From the human T2T-CHM13v2.0 reference genome, Homo sapiens, in NCBI RefSeq assembly GCF_009914755.1, contig NC_060926.1: a DNA stretch of 64,000 bases. One strand, 5' to 3'. Below, piece by piece: positions 59,050 through 64,000 of the stretch. The notes beneath the pieces are model-generated. The model had not been told where the DNA came from. It searched no databases and saw nothing but the letters and a program-made list of their open reading frames with translations. Each line of letters begins with the position of its first letter. Within the stretch, counting starts at the first letter, position 1. Made by a program: the position numbers and the translations under genes.

Positions 59050-59330
59050 GGTGGTTGTCTAGAAGGTTGGCCAGACGTGAGCCAGGAAAAAAAGAAGTAG
59101 AAAGATGGCTGCCAGGGCTGCAGGGCCATGGGGGGACCTGAGCCTCTGTACCTAGCCAGGAGAGACAGGAGGAGAGCAGAGCTCCGGCCCACACCCAACT
59201 TTGAACCTCTGGGGCACCACGAGGACCCATGGTGCACCAGCCCTGGGTTTCCAATAACTCCCTCTTTGGCTTATGTAAGTTTGGCTGAGTTTTCCACCCA
59301 CCCACCCCTATGGCCAAAAAGTCCATGTGA
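59050..59330 (+). mobile_element. Old MaLR LTR fragment (MLT1J/K-like)
   Basis: ccaataactccctctttggcttatgtaagtttggctgagtttt resembles an MLT1 3' end. Confidence 0.45.
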
Positions 59331-59749
59331 CTCAAACCCTTGCCAGTTCCTCTTGGGAGCAGGCCGGTGGGATCACACTTGCAGATGAGCCCACCCGGGA
59401 GGGAGGAAGTGGGGGCCCAAGGCCACGGCTTTTTACAGTGTGTGCCTCATCTACATTGGCACCCTCACCTGCTGGGGAGCCACTCAGAAGGTGTATAAAC
59501 AGCCCGAGGCCTCAGTTCTCATATGGTGGAGTCAAGGGGTCAGACAGGCCTGACAGAGGCTTGTCCCACTGACCGATGTAGCCATCTCCATGGAGGACAG
59601 AAGCCTCAGCAGAGGATTTGCAATTTTGCAGAGAACAGGCTATAAGCACAAACGGTGCTTCCCACAGGCTGGTGAGCAATTCTCCAGGGAAAATTAAACA
59701 TAAGCCACCAGAGCAGAGGGAAGAGCTGGAAGAGCTGGGGTTTCTATAA

Positions 59750-59875
59750 CCAAGTGCTAAGCACTCTATGTACACTGCAGATGAGGAAACCAAGGCCTGA
59801 TGGGTGAAATCATTCACCAGGGAGAACCAAGGAGTCAGTGCAGCCAGGATCCAGCCCAGATTCCAAGGCTGCCAC
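59750..59875 (-). mobile_element. MIR fragment
   Basis: cagatgaggaaaccaaggc is the reversed MIR core. Confidence 0.6.
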
Positions 59876-60518
59876 TCTCCTGGCCTCCTGGATTGAGGGC
59901 CGTGGCTGCCAGGCTGCCCAGGAGGCATGAGGCTCAGGGTGCCTGCTCCTTCAGGAGGGTGGCACGGGGCTGCCACAAGCCCTTCAGAGCAGGCGCTGCT
60001 TTGGTGAACAGACAGGCAATCTCACAGAACCTGGGGAATGCAGCAGAGAGCCCCTCATGAGTAGTATTATTTTATATGCCTTTAATAAGGATCAAAATAT
60101 GCCACGGAATTTAGGGGTTTGGCAAGGTTCTAAAGTTAGTTTTTAAGTACTTGTGGCTTGGCAAATCCATCACGCACTTTGGGGTGTTCTCTTCTAAACC
60201 CATACCGTGCTCTGAGAAGGAGGAATGATACAGATGTTGCCAAATGATTTTCACCAGTTCCATTAAAATTTCAGTCTTTGTAAACTGAAGAGAACGGTGG
60301 GTTTGAGTCCCACTGCTTGGCACCAGAATATGCACTTGAAAACACTAAGGAGGTTCCAGAGAGTTTTGGGCAAGTATATCTCATAGGTTTGTGCCAGCAT
60401 TGGAGCTGTGGTCTGCACCTGTGGGTGGTGATGATCGTGGCAATGGTGGTGTGTGAGGAAGGGACAGTGAGAGATGTGGCTGGGAAAAGGTGGCCACTTG
60501 AGGTGTGGAGATGAGCCT

Positions 60519-60695
60519 TGATTCCTGTCCACCCTCTCTGGCCCTGTCCTGCCCCAGCTCACATGGTCTGGGCTGTGGGGACAGGTCCTGATTCCTGTCC
60601 ATCGGGCTCCTTTGTGCTCCAGCTCATGTGGTCCTGGGTAGTGGGGGCAGTTCCTGAGTTCTCATCCATCTTCCCTGGCCCCAGCTCATGTAGTC
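60519..60695. repeat. Degenerate ~68-bp tandem repeat, ~2.6 copies
   Basis: tgattcctgtcca...ccagctca(ca/tg)tggtc...gtgggg.cag.tcc starts at 60519, 60589 and 60655. Confidence 0.75.
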
Positions 60696-61024
60696 ATCTC
60701 CAGGGCTAAGCTCTGAGTGTTTGGCAACTGTGTATGTTGGCCACGCTCCTTCATGGGTGGCTAAGACCCAGCCATGGTGCCCAGGGACCCTGCCGGAGCC
60801 AGAGGGCAGGGAGAGAGAGGAGTAGACACAAGTTCTGCCATCCCTGCCCCAACATAGGCTTTGAGCCCTGGGTGAGGCTCCCACCCTACCGGCTGATCCG
60901 GAATGCTCCTTCTTGGGAAGTGCTTAGTCCTGCTCTTGCTTCTCTGTTTTGGTCCTGACAACTCCACGGAGACAGTTTATAATCCACTGATTTGTCTCAG
61001 TCTTCTTTTAAAAAAAATAACCAA

Positions 61025-61845
61025 ATACCTTTTTGCATTGAGATAATTGTAGATTCACATGCAGTTGCAGGAACACTAGAGAGTGATCAGGGTGCCTCCA
61101 CCGTCTCCCCCAGAGGTGCCGTCTTAGGTAACCACAGGACAAAGCCACAGCCTCGAGCTTGACCTCAGCGCTGTTCACGCCCCACACTCAGATGTCGCCA
61201 GTGTCACACGCACTTGCCTGTGTGTGGGTTAATTCTGTGTTGGTTCGCGTATCCACCGCCACAGTGAAGGCACAGAACCATCCATCCAGGACCCCTGCGG
61301 CTGCCCTGTGGAACCACGGCCTTCTCCCTGTCCCTCACCCCCCATGGCCCCTAATCTCTTCTTCACCTCCATCACTTTATCATTTCAAGATTACTCTCCA
61401 TGACATAACCTTCTAGACTGACTTTTTCACCTGGCGTGGCTCCCTGGAGATGTTCTGAATTTTTGTATCCACAGTTTGTTCCCTTTCATGAGTAGTATTC
61501 CCTGGTACAGGCGTTCCGCAGTGTAACCATTTTGCTGTTGAAGGAAATTTGTGTTGTTTCCAGTTTTTGACTCTTGTGAAAGAAGACAATATAAACATTC
61601 ATGTGTGGGCTTCTGTGTGACTATAGGTCTCCAGGTCTCTGGGATAAACGCCTAGGAGGGCAACCATTGCCTGGGTGACATGGGAAGAACATGTTTCATT
61701 CAGGAAGAAGCCGCCATGCTCTTCCTGGGCAGCTCTGCCTCCCTGCCCCGCACAGCAGTGCATGAGTGTCCTGTGTCTCTACATCCTCATGGCATGTTGT
61801 GTAAACTGCATTTCTTATTTTAGCCATTCTGATAGGTGTGCAGTG
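61025..61845 (-). mobile_element. L1MC/L1MD-type 3' end
   Basis: ttgagataattgtagattcacatgcagttg (reverse complement of the L1 end at 18.3 kb)...tgagtagtattcc...ttttagccattctgataggtgtg. Confidence 0.85.
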
Positions 61846-62089
61846 AACAATCTTCTTTCTTCTAGAGATGAGAATATAGGGTCCCTGGCAGTGGTCCAGA
61901 TATGCTCAGAAGACCTTCCTGGCTGGAGACGTCTTGCAGGGACACACGGGGCACGGAGGACGCACCCCCAACCCCGCTCTGCCTCCCCAGGGGCCTCTCA
62001 GGCCCCTACTTTGCTCATTGTCTGTCTTGGGTTCGCTGGTGTTTGGCCTGGAAGCACATCTTGCAATTGAGGAGCTCCTGACTGCCCAG

Positions 62090-62432
62090 CTTGCACGCGC
62101 ACCACCTACTCTAACACCCTTTGCCTGGAATTCTTCCCCCAGATCCTCACAGGCTGCTCTGCTCAGCCCCAGGTCTCCACCACCATGGCCTGGCCTGAGG
62201 GAGGCCTTTTCTGTCCACCGCAACAGACCCAGGCCCCAACTGTCCTTCACCACAGAGCAGCTGCTGATTTCCTTCTTGCTGCTTATAATCAAAGCTCTCG
62301 TATTTATGGCTTGTTCTCTGACTTTCCCAGCAGAGCGAATTCCTTGAGGAAAGAAACGCTCCCAGCCCCCAGCACAGGCATGCTACGTGAGATGGGATCA
62401 ATAAGTACTGGGAAGAATCTGGATGAATGAAT
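62090..62432 (+). mobile_element. L2 3' end
   Basis: ttgcctggaattcttcccccagatc...cccagcacaggc...ggatgaatgaatg. Confidence 0.65.
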
Positions 62433-62471
62433 GTATAAATGTGTAAGCCCCTTGATTTTCTTCATGTAGAG

Positions 62472-62990
62472 CGGCAGTCCCCACCCTTTTTGGCACCAGG
62501 GACTGGTTTCGTGGATGATAACTTTTCCATGTACTGGGGTAGAGGGGATGGTTTCAGGATGATTCAAGCACATTACATTCATTGTGCACTTTGTTTCTAT
62601 TATTATTACATTGCAATACATAATGAAATAATTAATTATACAACCCACCATAATGTAGAATTGGTGGGAACCCACCCTGAGCTTGTTTTCCTGCTACTAG
62701 ATGGTCCCATCAGGGTGATGGGAGACAGTGACAGATGATCGGGCATTAGATTCTCATAAGGAGCACACACCTAATTCCTTTGCATGCACAGTTTACAGTA
62801 GGATCTGCACTCTGGTGAGAATCATCTGACAGGAGGCGGAGCTCAGGTGGTAATGTGAGCAGTCGGGAGAGGCTATAAATACAGATGAAGCTTTGCTCGC
62901 TTACCTGCCTCTCGCCTTCTGCTGTGCAGCCCAGTTCCTAAAAGGCCACAGACTGGTACTTGTCCATGGCCCAGGGGTTGGGGAACCCTG
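62472..62990. mobile_element. MER1A (hAT-Charlie non-autonomous element)
   Basis: cggcagtccccaccctttttggcaccagggactggttt...ggggttggggaaccctg. 8-bp TSD atgtagag / atttagag. Confidence 0.93.
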
Positions 62991-63599
62991 ATTTAGAGTA
63001 CCAGCGTCGACTTCACCAAGAGAGCAAAGTGTGTGGCCATAGACGCTGATGTGAAAAACTCACTGGGAACACCCGGGAGGCAGCTTTTTACCAGGCTGAG
63101 GTCCAAGGCCACAGGGTGTCGTGCTTGGGCCCACCATGCACAAAGCCTTCGGTGTCACTGCAGGGCTAACGTGGGGGAGGGCACCGTCCCGGCCCAGGCC
63201 TACCCCTTCTTCTAATGTCTCCGCATCTGGAGGGCCCACGCCCCTTCCTCTTCGCGGCGGCAGGCCCCGCCCCTTTTCCCTCCTGCTCAGTGCTGAGCAG
63301 CGCCATGTTTACACGTGGCCAGAATCACCAGCTTAAATATTTTAAATAAAAAGAATGATCAGTATGTTTTTTTCTCTATCAGAAATAAAGCCGTGGCTGT
63401 TTAACACACCCTCTCCCAAACTTATCATCTGAACAACCTTCTTCCACACAATTAAGCATGCATTTCTACACCCACACACTCAGACCCTGGAATCCAGTGT
63501 AGACGTGTCTCTAGAAAACATTCGTTTCCCTGATTGTGTTTTCAGGGGCATTTGTCCTTGAAATTAGAAGGCATGGGACGTGGTATGGATGTTTCATCC

Positions 63600-64000
63600 C
63601 AGTGGATAGCAACTGCTTTGGGCTCAAAGCCTCATTACATTAAAAACCATCAAGGACCCCAAACAGGTTTAGTTCCCATAGGTTATATCTAGCAATGTCT
63701 ATCATATAAAAAATTAAAGCTAAATATCTCAGAGATGTATTCCCTAAAAATAACAATAATAACATATTATACGTTAATGTAAATAACATGTTGGGAAAAC
63801 AGCTATACTTTTTAATGTAAAATATTTAGTGAAAACAGTGAGTTGTGTTGCTTTAGAATTGCACAGATCTCCTTAAAAGTCTGGGTTAATAGATGGTAGC
63901 TGGAGTCTCATGCCTGTTTCTCCAGCCATCAGTTAAATATGTTGTTTTGGTGGAAATACATGAAGAAAATCTGACAGATAGGTCTGTTGGAATAAAACTC
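63600..64000 (-). mobile_element. Charlie1-family hAT element 3' end (runs off the window)
   Basis: Reverse complement resembles the Charlie1a end at 38.5-38.9 kb (ggaccccaaa; ggttatatcta; atatgttgttttggt; gaagaaaatc). Confidence 0.75.

Overview
Primate, most likely human, genomic DNA (AluJ, AluS and AluY all present). It looks GC-rich, intergenic or deep-intronic and VNTR-rich, as is typical of a distal chromosome band; I cannot name the locus. I found no credible protein-coding gene, RNA gene or CRISPR array. The long ORFs in the track come from simple repeats, VNTRs or Alus, apart from decayed Tigger4 transposase fragments. Much of the window is interspersed repeat: about 11 Alus, old L1 (L1MB/MC/MD/ME), L2, MIR, MaLR/ERV LTRs, a near full-length Tigger4/Zombi, Charlie1a, MER1A and MER2. 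A deeply nested element stack sits at about 12-23 kb. The most notable structures are: four young tandem arrays (65-bp, 78-bp, about 32-bp GC-box, and a 32/158-bp pyrimidine higher-order repeat), three of them carrying TF-like motifs; a tail-to-tail inverted Alu pair 39 nt apart; an old local duplication; and several unique-sequence motif clusters that may be enhancers, including a compact HSE/STAT/AP-1/AARE cluster. I see no support for a new biological system. Repeat subfamily calls come from recalled consensus sequences, not from a search, and boundaries without TSDs are approximate.
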